Of a stretch of 64,000 nucleotides of DNA, positions 37,607 through 48,517 are shown in pieces. This DNA comes from Nitrospira sp. GTDB lineage: Bacteria > Nitrospirota > Nitrospiria > Nitrospirales > Nitrospiraceae. How positions within the stretch are numbered: the first letter of the stretch is position 1; each line of letters starts with the position of its first letter. Position numbers and translations under genes: made by a program. Where the stretch lies: positions 1,312,001 to 1,376,000 of the forward strand of contig AP038806.1 in assembly GCA_047150005.1 (NCBI GenBank), written 5' to 3'. The notes under the pieces were generated by a model. It was not told the DNA's origin. It searched no databases and saw only the letters and a list, made by a program, of their open reading frames with translations.

Positions 37607-38848
37607 ATGCGGGTCATCCACACTTCCGATTGGCATCTTGGCCAGGAACTGCATGGTTTCGACCGTCGCGTCGAACATGACTCGTTTCTCGACTGGCTAG
37701 CCAACCAACTGATCGAACAAAAGGCTGACGCACTCATCATCACGGGCGACGTTTACGACACAGTCAATCCGCCTATCCCCGCTCAACAGCGCCTGTATCG
37801 ATTCTTACGGCGAGTAATAACCGAAAGTCCTCACCTTCAAATAGTGCTCATCGGCGGCAATCATGATTCAGCTGCACGACTTGAGCTGCCGAAACACCTT
37901 CTTGATGCTAGCCGAGTCCACCTCATCGGGGGAATGCCTCGGCATAATAGTCAACCGGTTGTAGGACAGACCCTGCTTGAACTACGGGACGCGACCGGAA
38001 CGCCCCGAGCTGTGTGCGCTGCCGTCCCCTACCTCCGCCCCGGAGATCTTCCCACAGTCGCCAGTGGTGAACGCCCCCTTCACGCTCTCTACCAGCAAGT
38101 TATTGAGGCTGGGCACGTCATGCATGAAGGTCTTCCATTGATCGTCACAGGCCACTTACACATGAGCGGCGGAGCAGTGTCGGAACTGAGCGAACGACGA
38201 ATCGTCATAGGAGGCGAGGAGGCGGTTTCCTCTGATCTTTTCCCAGCAAGTGTCTCCTATGTCGCTTTAGGCCATCTCCACAAACCACAGTCTGTCTCAG
38301 GTCACACGATCATCCGCTATGCCGGATCGCCCTTTCCTATGTCGGTCGCGGAGAGGAACTATCAACACAGTATCGTCGTGATCGATTTCGATACGACGGC
38401 TGACCTCACAATAGATTTGGTGCAGACCCCAAGACCCGTCGCCTTCCTTCGGATTCCGGAAGTTGGCGCAGCGCCACTCGACCAAGTCGAGGATGAATTA
38501 CGCAACCTCGAGATCGACGATCCTGGGCAGGATCGTCGACCATTCCTGGAGGTCGCGGTTCGGCTCGATGGAGCTGAGCCAGAGCTTCGGTCACGTATCG
38601 AAGCTGCCTTGGAGGGGAAGCCTGTCCGACTCACCCGCATCATTCGCCAGACCGAAGGACAGGGAGGCACATTAGCCGACAACGTGGAAGGAGATACAGA
38701 GCTCGACGCGCTGGAGCCTGCCCACGTCTTCGCTCGTCGACATGTTGAGGAATACGGAGTCGAGCCGGCGGCGGAACTCAAAAGCGCCTTTGACGAAGTG
38801 CTGACGAGCATCTCATCGTCGGAGAACGATCAGACAGGCGCGACATGA
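37607..38848 (+). CDS. sbcD: SbcD/Mre11 nuclease
   Basis: HTSDWHLG, GDVYD, GNHDS, ALGHLH, YAGSP. Confidence 0.93.
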   Translation: MRVIHTSDWHLGQELHGFDRRVEHDSFLDWLANQLIEQKADALIITGDVYDTVNPPIPAQQRLYRFLRRVITESPHLQIVLIGGNHDSAARLELPKHLLDASRVHLIGGMPRHNSQPVVGQTLLELRDATGTPRAVCAAVPYLRPGDLPTVASGERPLHALYQQVIEAGHVMHEGLPLIVTGHLHMSGGAVSELSERRIVIGGEEAVSSDLFPASVSYVALGHLHKPQSVSGHTIIRYAGSPFPMSVAERNYQHSIVVIDFDTTADLTIDLVQTPRPVAFLRIPEVGAAPLDQVEDELRNLEIDDPGQDRRPFLEVAVRLDGAEPELRSRIEAALEGKPVRLTRIIRQTEGQGGTLADNVEGDTELDALEPAHVFARRHVEEYGVEPAAELKSAFDEVLTSISSSENDQTGAT

Positions 38849-41800
38849 GAATCCTTGCGATCCGAGGCGAAAACCTTGCCAGCCTCTCCGACCCATTCGA
38901 AGTCGACTTCGAGGCAGAGCCAATCCGCAGCTCTGGCATCTTCGTGATTACTGGGCCAACCGGCGCTGGGAAGACAACCCTGCTGGATGCGCTTTGCCTT
39001 GCACTGTTTGACCGGCTCCCTCGCATGGATACAGCAGAGAGTGGAGCATCAATTGGACGGATCGAAGGCGATCTTTCGCAGCAGCTCAAATATGATGACG
39101 TACGCGGGATTCTTCGTCATGGCGCCGGCACGGGCTATGCGGAGGTAGACTTTGTCGCACAGGATGGACAGCGGTACCGATCTCGTTGGGAAGTGAATCG
39201 TGCGCGGGGCAAAGCCAATGGGAAACTTCAGGGTCAGAAGATCACGCTCACGGAGATCAAGTCCGGCGCAATTATCGGTGACAAGAAGACTGATGCGCTT
39301 CAGCAGATTCAAAAGCGAATCGGGCTCAGCTTCGATCAATTTCGACGATCAGTCCTTCTAGCCCAGGGCGACTTTGACACTTTCATAAAGGCCGGCTCAA
39401 AAGACAGAGCCGAACTCCTCGAAAAGATCACAGGGACCCAGATTTACTCTGATATCTCGCGGGCCGCATTCGCCCGAGCCAAACAGGAGCGGGAAGCGCT
39501 ACGAGACCTTGAAACCCAACTCGGTGAGCATCAGCCACTTGGGGATGAAGCAAGAACTGCGGCAGAGCTACGCCTCAAGGAAACTAGGACTGAACGAGAC
39601 CGTATCGAGGCAGCCCGAGTCACTCTCAGGAAATGGGAGGATTGGCACGAGGTTAAATCTCGACTCGACACACGTGTTGTGGAAGGGAATGCGGCGCTGA
39701 CGCAAGCCTTGGCGTTAGATCACAATGCTGAGAGTGATCGGGCCACACTCGCAATGGCAAAGAAGGCATTTGCCCTGCGTGCCGAGATCGAGACAGCAAC
39801 GGCCACCGGAAGGCGGCTGGCAGACGCAGGGAAAGCATTCGCCGAGGCACAGGAAGGTGAACGTACAGCGCTAGAGAAGCGCGATAAAGCAGTTTCGGCG
39901 AGCAACGCTGCCAAGGGTGAACGCGACAAAGAACGAGCCGCCTATGATGCGATAGGCCCTGAGCTCGATAAAGCGCAACGGCTCGACGCCCTGATTGAAT
40001 TAGCCAAGGTTGATTTGGCAGATCTAGCAGACTTCCTAAGAAAGAGCTTCAAGGAGAAAGACACCGCGCACGATGCCGTTACAGAGGTCGAGCGTACACT
40101 CAGGGCGACACGAGACCAGCGTGAAAATGATGGCCGTTGGCTCGAAGAACACAAATCAATCGAGGCACTTTCGGTACGAATGAAAGATGTCGAGAGGGAT
40201 CTATCCGAGCGGCTCACTCTGACATCTAACATTACATCAACCGAGTCAATGATTCGGCAGCTTGCTCTCGATGTGGAAGTTGCCAGAACATCCCGCCGGG
40301 AAAAGGAAAGTGTGGTCGCGGCCCTCCAGGAACAAGACCGTAAACTAGACGAGCAGATTGCCACCCTCCGACAAATTGCTGGCGCAATCGATGCCTCTGC
40401 GGTTGAAGCCAGACGCGATAAGCTTATGCAGGTTCAGGCTGCGTTGGATAATGCGCAGCACGCTTCAGAAGATGCCCGGAAGGCCCATGGGGCAATCATT
40501 ACGGCAAACGATGAGGCAGCCAAGCAGGAAACTCTCATCCATCGCGCTTCCGGGGTCATGACTCAGATAGATGCCGAGTTACCCACGGACCTTGCACGTA
40601 TGGAAGAAGCCCGGCGCAGCCTTGCTCTTTCCGAAGCGGCGGGAACGGAGGCAGCAGAGCATCTTCGACTCAAACTGGAAGAGGGACAACCATGTCCAGT
40701 CTGCGGAGCAACGGAACACCCCGTCGCCGACGTTGATCGACTCCTTAAGGCTCGAGTACTGGCCGATCATAGTCGCGTCGCCGAGTTGGAAACGAAGGTG
40801 TCATCCGCTCAGGCTAACCGTACCCGCTCAGAGACACAGATCGCTGCGGCAAAGGATGCACTAGAAGGAGTCCTGCGGCGGAGATCGACTCAAGAGAAAG
40901 AATTGCGGGTTGCACTCGACAAATGGCAGGCATCAGTTGCTTCTGCATCGACCTATTGTGGCGAGATTGGAGTTTCCGTCCCAACCTTCCCCGAGGATGC
41001 CATTGGCGCAGAAAGTGTAGCGGCCATCAACTCCGCTCGAGGGACAGTGGAGAAGCTGCTGAGTGATGCCAGGGAGATCATTAAGCGTGCGTCCGACGCT
41101 GAAGCTCAAATCCGAACAGTCTCCGATGATCGTGAGAACGTTCGCGCTCGCCTATTAACCGCAAATGCAGACATTGTGAAGCTCACGGATGAAGAACATG
41201 ACAAAGTCAGTAAGGCGGGGATGCTCCAAGCGACTCTTCAAGGAACGAAGCAGAATCTAGTCTCCCTCTATTCCCGTCTCGACACAGCGCTCGCCCTGGT
41301 GTTTCCCAACTGGCAGAATCAAATTACCAGCACCGATGAACCATTCGTAGAGATCTGCAGCAATCTTGTCAACGACTGGCATATATGTCGTAGACGGCAT
41401 GAGATGACCGCTGCCGATATTTCCCGCGTTGAGGCAGATCTGGAGGGAAAGCGGGCAACGCTCAAGGGGCTGGAGACCGCCATCGAGGAAACCCAGAAAC
41501 GACATGCAGACAAGAAAGATGAGCTCAACGGGCACAATAGTGAGCGCATCCTGGTTATCAAAGGACGGCCCGTCGGAGAGGTTCGGACTGAATACAGAAA
41601 GCGGTCGGAAGCCACAGAAAAACTCTGGAACGAAGCCGAGCATAAGAAATCCATGGCCGAGCAGATTGCTGCTGGGATGTCGTCAAATGCCCTTGCCGCT
41701 CGTAAGACCGCTGAGGCAGCAAGAATCGACCATGAATCGGCAGAGGCTTTGCTCACAGAAAAGCTCCTGGCCAATAACATCAGTAGGTCGCAAGCCGAAT

Positions 41801-42618
41801 CCGCAATCACCAAAGGTGAGGCATGGGTTGTAGCGGAACAGGTTCGTCTCGATACCCTTCGAGAAGCCGTCGCGGCCGCAAGGGCAACTCTCCTTGAGAG
41901 ACAACAGTCTGCTAAGGAGCACGAAGCCGCTGATCACCCGACACAAACTCGAGAAGAAATCGCCACGGCCCTCAAGGAGATAGAGGCGCAGCACACCAAG
42001 GCATCAGAGGCATATGTCGAAGCAAGCTCGGTTCTCCTGAGTGACGACCAAGCGCGTTCAAGAACAGGGAAAATCAAAGCCGCTCTTCATGAGCGACAAC
42101 AGCAGGCACGTGTATGGGGACAGCTTGACGATCTCATCGGTTCAGCTGACGGCACCAAGTTTCGGCGATTCGCTCAATCTCTGACATTAAATCATCTCAT
42201 TCGTTTGGCGAACCAGCACCTGAATAATTTACACCCTCGATATGAGCTACAACGAGCACCAGGCAGCGATCTTGTACTACAGGTCATCGATCGCAACATG
42301 GCTGATGAGGTCCGCGGTGTTCATAACCTTTCGGGCGGTGAAAGATTTCTGGTTAGCCTTTCTCTAGCACTCGGGCTCGCCAGCATGTCGTCGAATCGCG
42401 GGATTAAGGTTGAGAGCTTGTTTATCGACGAAGGATTTGGTGCACTCGATAGCAATAGCCTGGCAATGGCGGTCTCTGTCCTAGAACAACTTCAAGCAAC
42501 AGGTCGCCAAGTCGGTGTGATTAGCCATGTCGAGGAGATGAAAGAACGAATCGCTGTAAAGGTGGAGGTGACCCCGGTCGGCAGCGGCAGAAGCACCATC
42601 CAAGTTGTAACCGCCTGA
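38845..42618 (+). CDS. sbcC: SbcC/Rad50 ATPase
   Basis: GPTGAGKT, LAQGDF, long coiled coils, zinc hook CPVCG, LSGGE, FIDEGFG, SHV; ATGA overlap with sbcD. Confidence 0.93.
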   Translation: MRILAIRGENLASLSDPFEVDFEAEPIRSSGIFVITGPTGAGKTTLLDALCLALFDRLPRMDTAESGASIGRIEGDLSQQLKYDDVRGILRHGAGTGYAEVDFVAQDGQRYRSRWEVNRARGKANGKLQGQKITLTEIKSGAIIGDKKTDALQQIQKRIGLSFDQFRRSVLLAQGDFDTFIKAGSKDRAELLEKITGTQIYSDISRAAFARAKQEREALRDLETQLGEHQPLGDEARTAAELRLKETRTERDRIEAARVTLRKWEDWHEVKSRLDTRVVEGNAALTQALALDHNAESDRATLAMAKKAFALRAEIETATATGRRLADAGKAFAEAQEGERTALEKRDKAVSASNAAKGERDKERAAYDAIGPELDKAQRLDALIELAKVDLADLADFLRKSFKEKDTAHDAVTEVERTLRATRDQRENDGRWLEEHKSIEALSVRMKDVERDLSERLTLTSNITSTESMIRQLALDVEVARTSRREKESVVAALQEQDRKLDEQIATLRQIAGAIDASAVEARRDKLMQVQAALDNAQHASEDARKAHGAIITANDEAAKQETLIHRASGVMTQIDAELPTDLARMEEARRSLALSEAAGTEAAEHLRLKLEEGQPCPVCGATEHPVADVDRLLKARVLADHSRVAELETKVSSAQANRTRSETQIAAAKDALEGVLRRRSTQEKELRVALDKWQASVASASTYCGEIGVSVPTFPEDAIGAESVAAINSARGTVEKLLSDAREIIKRASDAEAQIRTVSDDRENVRARLLTANADIVKLTDEEHDKVSKAGMLQATLQGTKQNLVSLYSRLDTALALVFPNWQNQITSTDEPFVEICSNLVNDWHICRRRHEMTAADISRVEADLEGKRATLKGLETAIEETQKRHADKKDELNGHNSERILVIKGRPVGEVRTEYRKRSEATEKLWNEAEHKKSMAEQIAAGMSSNALAARKTAEAARIDHESAEALLTEKLLANNISRSQAESAITKGEAWVVAEQVRLDTLREAVAAARATLLERQQSAKEHEAADHPTQTREEIATALKEIEAQHTKASEAYVEASSVLLSDDQARSRTGKIKAALHERQQQARVWGQLDDLIGSADGTKFRRFAQSLTLNHLIRLANQHLNNLHPRYELQRAPGSDLVLQVIDRNMADEVRGVHNLSGGERFLVSLSLALGLASMSSNRGIKVESLFIDEGFGALDSNSLAMAVSVLEQLQATGRQVGVISHVEEMKERIAVKVEVTPVGSGRSTIQVVTA

Positions 42619-42763
42619 TCGTTTTGTTTCCGTGCGTAAGACCTGTAGCGGCTATAAGTGGCCAAAAAATCATCCGAATGTTAGCCATGATAGTTGACTC
42701 GATACCAGTGCAAGAAAGTAAGAGCGGGTCAAAAATGGTGAGAATGGTTATGAGAAGAAGGTT

Positions 42764-42841
42764 TGGGGTGGATGACGGGTTTCGAACCCGCGACCTCCGG
42801 ATCCACAATCCGGCGCTCTAACCAACTGAGCTACATCCACC
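42764..42841 (-). tRNA. tRNA-His (GUG)
   Basis: Reverse complement GGTGGATGTAGCTCAGTTGGTTAGAGCGCCGGATTGTGGATCCGGAGGTCGCGGGTTCGAAACCCGTCATCCACCCCA shows G-1, a GTG anticodon, the T-loop and an encoded CCA. Confidence 0.97.
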
Positions 42842-42921
42842 GTACGGGGCGGCACAGGCACGGACTTTCAACGGCGGCACGGGATCTTAACAAAGACGGA
42901 CAAAATCCCGCAACCGACCCT

Positions 42922-43635
42922 TTAGCTTCGCCGATCGAATGCGGCCTGCATCTCGGCCAGGATGGCGCTTGCTGCAGCGGCGGGATCCGATGCCGCTCTG
43001 ATCGGCCGGCCGACCACCAGGTAGTCGGCCCCGGCATCGATAGCCTGGGATGGAGTCGTGGCGCGGGCATGGTCGTCGGTGTCTTTACCTGCCGGACGGA
43101 CACCCGGTGTCACGATCAGAAACCGTGGCCCCACCTTCGGACGGAGTACGCCTGGTTCCTCTCCCGACGCGACGACTCCGTCGCAACCCATTTCGGAAGC
43201 GAGCAGCGCCCGGGCCGTCACCAGGTCCTGAACTGAATGTTGGATTCCCATCTCCCTCAAATCATGGCTGTCAAAATTGGTCAGCACCGTGACGGCCAGG
43301 AGCTTGAGACTCGAATCGCCCCGTCCCTTCACCGCGGCGGCCAGGGCCTTCCGATTGGCATGGATGGTCAAAAAGTCGACTCCCATGGCAGCCACTCGTT
43401 CGGTCGCCCGACGAACCGTCTCTTCGATGTCGAGGAACTTGAGATCGAGGAAGACGCGTTTCCCCCGCTCAATCAGCCGCTGCACCATGGTCGGACCGGC
43501 CGCCGTATAGAGTTCCAATCCGACCTTGACGAAGGTGATCTGGTGCTGAACTTGGTCCATGAGCCGCTCAGCCTCGGCCGCCGACGGTACGTCAAGCGCC
43601 AGGATCAGTCTGTCATGTGCAAGGATTTTCGACAT
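42922..43635 (-). CDS. pyrF: Orotidine-5'-phosphate decarboxylase
   Basis: LALD, KVG, DLKFLDI..TV, VTPGVRP, VVGRPI. Confidence 0.95.
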   Translation of the reverse strand: MSKILAHDRLILALDVPSAAEAERLMDQVQHQITFVKVGLELYTAAGPTMVQRLIERGKRVFLDLKFLDIEETVRRATERVAAMGVDFLTIHANRKALAAAVKGRGDSSLKLLAVTVLTNFDSHDLREMGIQHSVQDLVTARALLASEMGCDGVVASGEEPGVLRPKVGPRFLIVTPGVRPAGKDTDDHARATTPSQAIDAGADYLVVGRPIRAASDPAAAASAILAEMQAAFDRRS

Positions 43636-43722
43636 GGGTTCCTCTCTACGCTCAATGCGCGCTCTTGACCATGCGGCGAGTCTTATGGTACAAACCCTTC
43701 TTTTTTAAAAGGAGAGTACGTT

Positions 43723-44001
43723 ATGCCGGTGATCCACAAGTCAACCATTCGTCGAGCACGGCAGTCCGAAAAACGGCGGGCGCGGAACCACGCCGCTCTG
43801 AGCGTCGTGAAGGGACTCGTCAAGAAAGTCCAGACCGCCGTGGCCGAGAACAAGGCTGAAGATGCCAAGACCTCCTTGCGGGCAGCCGAAGCAGCCCTCA
43901 GCAAGGCGGTGACCAAAGGTATCTTGAAAGCGAATACCGCCTCCCGACGGATTTCACGCCTCACGATCCGCGTCAACGCCCTGGGCGCGCCCCGCGCGTA
44001 A
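43723..44001 (+). CDS. rpsT: 30S ribosomal protein S20
   Basis: KS.IRRARQSEKRRARN, KGILKANTASRRISRL. Confidence 0.95.
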   Translation: MPVIHKSTIRRARQSEKRRARNHAALSVVKGLVKKVQTAVAENKAEDAKTSLRAAEAALSKAVTKGILKANTASRRISRLTIRVNALGAPRA

Positions 44002-45091
44002 CCGTTCGCACGTTTGGAACCGGTTTTGTGCGGCTTCGCTGCACAGATGCGACCGGTTCTCGCATCGAAGCGGTTGGCTGCGCGTCCCGCTGCTCCCGGT
44101 TACACAGCTCGAACATCAGCTGATCCAGGATCCGCTCCGGTCGTCCTGCACTACCGCCCTTGAGCGCATTGTCCGCTTGCTGGAATCGCCGAAACGCCTC
44201 GGTGAGATGCCGCTCTGAAAATCGATCGAGAAAGGCACGGACGCTTGACGGATCCATCCGGAACATCCTTGCCACTTCTCCCTGTCGTCCCCCTTGGCCC
44301 ATGAGGTCTTTGGCTTTCCAGAGACGGCGGTACTGCCAGACCAGCGCACCAAGGATCTTGAGCGGGGCCTCTCCCGATTCCATGTTCCTCGCCATGATGG
44401 CCAACACGCGACCCCGATCTCCGGCACCGATTGCCGCGGTGAGATCAAACACCGACGCGCCAGGTTCTGTGCCCCGCATGACGGCCACATCCGTCGCGGT
44501 CACCGAACGGTTCGCGGGCACATACGAAGCCAGTTTTTCCAGTTCCCGGCGGGCGGCGTAGAGCGATCCCGCACACGACTCCTTGAGAAGCCCTACCGCC
44601 CCATCGTCCAGCTTGACGCCGAGCCCCGCCGCCTCGCTCTTGAGCCACGGCATGTACTGCGACTCTTTGGGAGGCGAACAATCGACAATGACGGCGCGCT
44701 TCATCAACGTCTGCGTGAATTTCAACCGGCGGTCCAGTTTGGGCCCCGCAAAGACGAGGGTCGTGGAATCATTCGGGCTCTCCAGATAGGGAAGCAGGGC
44801 TTCGGCCTCCTTAGCCGGCAGCTTGTCGGCCCCTTTCACGACGACCAACCGGCGGGACGCGAACACCGCGGATTCGGAGGCGCAGGCGATAATCTCCGCC
44901 CCTTCCGCTTCGTCTCCATGAAACTGACTGCTGTTGAATGCGTCGCCTTGCTCACCAACGACCGCCGCCTTCAGACATGCCACAGCCTCATCCCTCAGCA
45001 AGTCCTCCTCTCCGACCACCGCGTAGATTGAGGCAGGCTCCGCCTGCTGCAGATGCGACGGAACCTGGGCCGGCAAAAGCGATGGTGGCAT
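43973..45091 (-). CDS. holA: DNA polymerase III delta subunit
   Basis: VGEEDLL, FASRRLVVVK, ELEKL..Y, SVFDL; typical leuS-lptE-holA / rpsT context. Confidence 0.9.
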   Translation of the reverse strand: MPPSLLPAQVPSHLQQAEPASIYAVVGEEDLLRDEAVACLKAAVVGEQGDAFNSSQFHGDEAEGAEIIACASESAVFASRRLVVVKGADKLPAKEAEALLPYLESPNDSTTLVFAGPKLDRRLKFTQTLMKRAVIVDCSPPKESQYMPWLKSEAAGLGVKLDDGAVGLLKESCAGSLYAARRELEKLASYVPANRSVTATDVAVMRGTEPGASVFDLTAAIGAGDRGRVLAIMARNMESGEAPLKILGALVWQYRRLWKAKDLMGQGGRQGEVARMFRMDPSSVRAFLDRFSERHLTEAFRRFQQADNALKGGSAGRPERILDQLMFELCNREQRDAQPTASMREPVASVQRSRTKPVPNVRTVTRGARPGR

Positions 45092-45103
45092 GGCGGTGTA
45101 CTC

Positions 45104-45769
45104 TTACGGCGCTTTCGATTCGAGTTTGGAATTCGGCTTGGCCAGCTGTCCCGATTCGAGCTGAAGCAAGAAGCGCGACGCCAAATCCTCGGCCACAAAC
45201 TTGCCCGCCTGTTCGAGGGACCGGTTTTGAAGCACGCGATTGAACTGGAGATCCGTGGTGATGAAGAATTCCGAAGCCCCCTTGGCGACTTGCATCCAGA
45301 CGACACGCTTCGTTCTCGTTTCTTCAACCTTGACGGCAATCACTACCTCCGTTCGGCTTTCAAACGTGGTCGTCTGGTCGAAGCTCAGCGTCGGAACGAC
45401 GACCGAGAGGATTTGTCCCGACAGCACGAGGTCCGCGGCCTCCGAATCCGAAACGACCTGCGCCCCGCTTCCTGACGCAAACTCATGCCTGAGGTAATTG
45501 GTATACCGCGACTCTAAATTCGGCTCGAAGCTCTTGTTCTCCAATGTCCGGATGACCATGCGAGGCGGTGGGGTCGAGGATGCAGTGGCCGGAGAGCCGC
45601 CGATCGTGGGACCGGGACCTTCCACCCGGAACTGGTATCCACAGGCAACCGGCAGCACGGCCATCGATAGGGCCAGACCGGTGCACAGCATGAACGATTG
45701 GGTGACGGAGACGCGAGCCGGGCTGCGCCGTGAGGCGCGGGCAGATGCTTCTGCGGGCGTGCGGTTCAT
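45104..45769 (-). CDS. lptE: LPS assembly lipoprotein LptE
   Basis: Lipobox VACGYQF; lies between leuS and holA; ATG overlaps the leuS stop (TGATG); alternative start 45691. Confidence 0.75.
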   Translation of the reverse strand: MNRTPAEASARASRRSPARVSVTQSFMLCTGLALSMAVLPVACGYQFRVEGPGPTIGGSPATASSTPPPRMVIRTLENKSFEPNLESRYTNYLRHEFASGSGAQVVSDSEAADLVLSGQILSVVVPTLSFDQTTTFESRTEVVIAVKVEETRTKRVVWMQVAKGASEFFITTDLQFNRVLQNRSLEQAGKFVAEDLASRFLLQLESGQLAKPNSKLESKAP

Positions 45770-48204
45770 CAGACGACGAAATTGATCAACTTTTTCTCGA
45801 CGTACACGACTTTTTTCAGTTCCTTCCCGTTCAGCCATTCGGCCGCTCGGGCTCTGGCCAAGCCTTCGACTTCATCGCGCGTGGAGTCGAGGGACACCTC
45901 GATCTTGCCGCGAAGCTTGCCGTTGATCTGAATCGGAATCGTCACCGTGTCGCTGACGATGAGCGCCGGATCGAAGGTCGGCCACGCCTGTTGCGAAACA
46001 CTCGGCGGATGACCGAGCAGCGCCCACAGTTCCTCGGCCAGATGAGGGGCAAACGGAGAGAGCAACAAGATGAACGGCTCGATCACGGCTCGAGGCCGCC
46101 GCTCGGCCTTCGTCATCTCGTTGGTGAAGACCATCATCTGCGAGATCGCCGTATTGAATCGGAGGGCTTCGATATCGTCGGTCACCTTCTTGATCGTCTG
46201 ATGCAATACCCGTTGCTGCTCCATACCGGGAGGATCGTCGGTAATCGCTCCGGAAACCCGCCCCTCTTCGGTGATCATGAGTCGCCAGACTCGTTCGAGA
46301 AAGCGTGTCACCCCTTCCACGCCTCTGGTACTCCAGGGCTTCATCGCTTCGAGCGGCCCCATGAACATTTCGTAGAGGCGCACCGCATCGGCCCCGAACT
46401 GGTCCATCATGTCATCCGGATTCACGACGTTGCCGCGGGATTTGGACATCTTCTGATTGTCTTCTCCGAGGACGATGCCCTGATGGACCAGTTTCTTGAA
46501 CGGTTCCGGCGTGCCGACGACGCCGATGTCGTACAGGACCTTATGCCAGAAGCGGGCATACAGGAGGTGCAGGACGGCATGCTCGCTGCCGCCGACATAG
46601 AGGTCAACGGGCATCCAATACCGCTCTTTGGCCGGATCCACGAGGTGCTTCTCGTTGTCCGGGTCGATGAACCGCAGGTAGTACCAGCAGGATCCTGCCC
46701 ATTGCGGCATGGTGTTGGTTTCCCGCCTGGCCGGCTTGCCGCTCGTCGGATCGGCGGTGTCGAGCCAACTCTCCAGATTGGCCAACGGGCTTTCCCCCGT
46801 CCCCGACGGCTTGAAATTCTTCGTTTCTGGCAGTCGCAGCGGCAGCTGTTCTTCGGGAATCGGCTGCGGCGTGCCGTCTACCCACAGAATCGGGAAGGGC
46901 TCGCCCCAGTAGCGTTGGCGGGCAAAGAGCCAGTCCCGCAGCTTGTAGTTGACCGTCTTCCGGCCTTGACCGCGCGATTCCAGCCACGCGGTGATCTTCG
47001 GGATGGCCTCAACCGGCGACAGTCCGTCGATCGAACACGAACCGTCCGGTGCGGTCGAGTTGACGACCCGCCCGACCTCGGTGTCGACATACGCCGCGCG
47101 CTCGACGTTTCCGCCGGCAATGACTTCACGAATCGGGAGTTCATAGGTCTTGGCAAACGCCCAGTCGCGCGCGTCATGGCCCGGCACGGCCATGATCGCT
47201 CCTGTTCCGTAGCTCATCAGGACATAGTCCGCGATCCAAATCGGCACCGCCTCCCCGTTGACCGGATTGACGGCGTGACTTCCGGTGAAGACACCGGTCT
47301 TGTCCTTCTGCAGATCCTGGCGCTGCAAGTCGCTTTTCTTGGCCGCGGCCTCCCGATAGAGAGCGACCTCGTCCCGCCGTTCCGCGGTCGTCACGGCCCC
47401 GGCCAGGGGATGCTCCGGAGAGAGAACCAAGTAGGTGGCTCCGAACAGCGTGTCAGGTCTGGTGGTGAACACGCGAATAGCCGCGTTTGCGTTGGCCAGA
47501 CGGAATTCCACTTCCGCGCCGATCGAACGACCGATCCAGTTCTTCTGCATTTCAAGCGTGCTGGCCGGCCATTCCACCAGTCGAAGATCGTCGAGCAATC
47601 GATCGGCATAGGCGGTGATCTTCAGCATCCATTGACGCATGGGTCGCCGCACGACCTCGAATCCTCCGACCTCGCTTTTTCCGTCGACAATTTCCTCGTT
47701 TGCCAGAACCGTACCGAGAGCGGGACACCAATTGACCGGGACTTCCGCCACGTAGGCGAGTCCGCGCTTGAACAATTGCAGGAAAATCCACTGTGTCCAA
47801 CGGTAGTAGTCCGGGTCGGTCGTGCTGAGTTCGCGCTCCCAATCGTACGAAAGCCCGATCCGCTTCATCTGCCGCTTGAACGTCGCGATGTTCTCGGCCG
47901 TCGTGATGGCGGGATGGATGCCCGTCTTGACGGCATATTGTTCGGCCGGCAAGCCGAACGCGTCCCACCCCATCGGATGCAGCACATTGAATCCCCGCAT
48001 CCGCTTGTAGCGGGAGACGATGTCGGTCGCCGTGTAGCCTTCGAGATGGCCGACGTGGAGGCCTGATCCCGAGGGATAGGGGAACATATCCAAACAGTAG
48101 TATTTCGGTTTGGACGGGTCATCCGTGGCGCGAAAGGGTCGATGCGCCTCCCAATAGGCCTGCCACTTCGCCTCAATCGCGTGATGATCGTACGTCTTGC
48201 TCAT
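45769..48204 (-). CDS. leuS: Leucine--tRNA ligase
   Basis: MFPYPSG.GLHVGH, FTTRPDT, KMSKS. Confidence 0.97.
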   Translation of the reverse strand: MSKTYDHHAIEAKWQAYWEAHRPFRATDDPSKPKYYCLDMFPYPSGSGLHVGHLEGYTATDIVSRYKRMRGFNVLHPMGWDAFGLPAEQYAVKTGIHPAITTAENIATFKRQMKRIGLSYDWERELSTTDPDYYRWTQWIFLQLFKRGLAYVAEVPVNWCPALGTVLANEEIVDGKSEVGGFEVVRRPMRQWMLKITAYADRLLDDLRLVEWPASTLEMQKNWIGRSIGAEVEFRLANANAAIRVFTTRPDTLFGATYLVLSPEHPLAGAVTTAERRDEVALYREAAAKKSDLQRQDLQKDKTGVFTGSHAVNPVNGEAVPIWIADYVLMSYGTGAIMAVPGHDARDWAFAKTYELPIREVIAGGNVERAAYVDTEVGRVVNSTAPDGSCSIDGLSPVEAIPKITAWLESRGQGRKTVNYKLRDWLFARQRYWGEPFPILWVDGTPQPIPEEQLPLRLPETKNFKPSGTGESPLANLESWLDTADPTSGKPARRETNTMPQWAGSCWYYLRFIDPDNEKHLVDPAKERYWMPVDLYVGGSEHAVLHLLYARFWHKVLYDIGVVGTPEPFKKLVHQGIVLGEDNQKMSKSRGNVVNPDDMMDQFGADAVRLYEMFMGPLEAMKPWSTRGVEGVTRFLERVWRLMITEEGRVSGAITDDPPGMEQQRVLHQTIKKVTDDIEALRFNTAISQMMVFTNEMTKAERRPRAVIEPFILLLSPFAPHLAEELWALLGHPPSVSQQAWPTFDPALIVSDTVTIPIQINGKLRGKIEVSLDSTRDEVEGLARARAAEWLNGKELKKVVYVEKKLINFVV

Positions 48205-48343
48205 GTGCGTTGGGTAAACGGCTGCTGGAGACCACAATCAAAGAGGAGGACTCTAACATAGACCAGCCGGAGCAACAAGAATCTTGGGGAACGCGAGGGA
48301 GCGGGAGCGCGCGAGAATCGGATCGAGAGGCCCGGCGGGTCGT

Positions 48344-48430
48344 TTAGAAGTGGTAGCCGACGCCGAAGACGAAATGATTCAGCGTAGCCACCGAATTGAT
48401 GCCGTAGTGATTGATATCGGCCTGACCGGG
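48344..48430 (-). pseudogene. C-terminal remnant of an outer-membrane beta-barrel gene
   Basis: Minus strand PGQADINHYGINSVATLNHFVFGVGYHF-stop, bounded upstream by an in-frame stop and with no plausible start; ends in a beta-signal-like GVGYHF. Confidence 0.5.
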
Positions 48431-48517
48431 TCAGTGTTCCAGCTTCCTCACAGACTAGCCTCCTGAGGATGCGCAGGTTATTCTTCGTTCGAAGTGGACC
48501 GCCGTAGGGAGGGGGGA

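Larger units (their letters stand above)
35100..42763. mobile_element. Putative horizontally acquired islet at tRNA-His (no integrase seen)
   Basis: Visibly AT-richer codon usage than the flanks; ends at the tRNA 3' end. The left boundary is approximate and may include the S1/P1 gene. Confidence 0.55.

Noticed and set aside
35636..42618. Calling the islet Gabija, Wadjet or Lamassu
   Set aside because: There is no UvrD helicase, no JetABD/kleisin genes and no LmuA/LmuC; the ATPase has a Rad50 zinc hook and a canonical SbcD partner.
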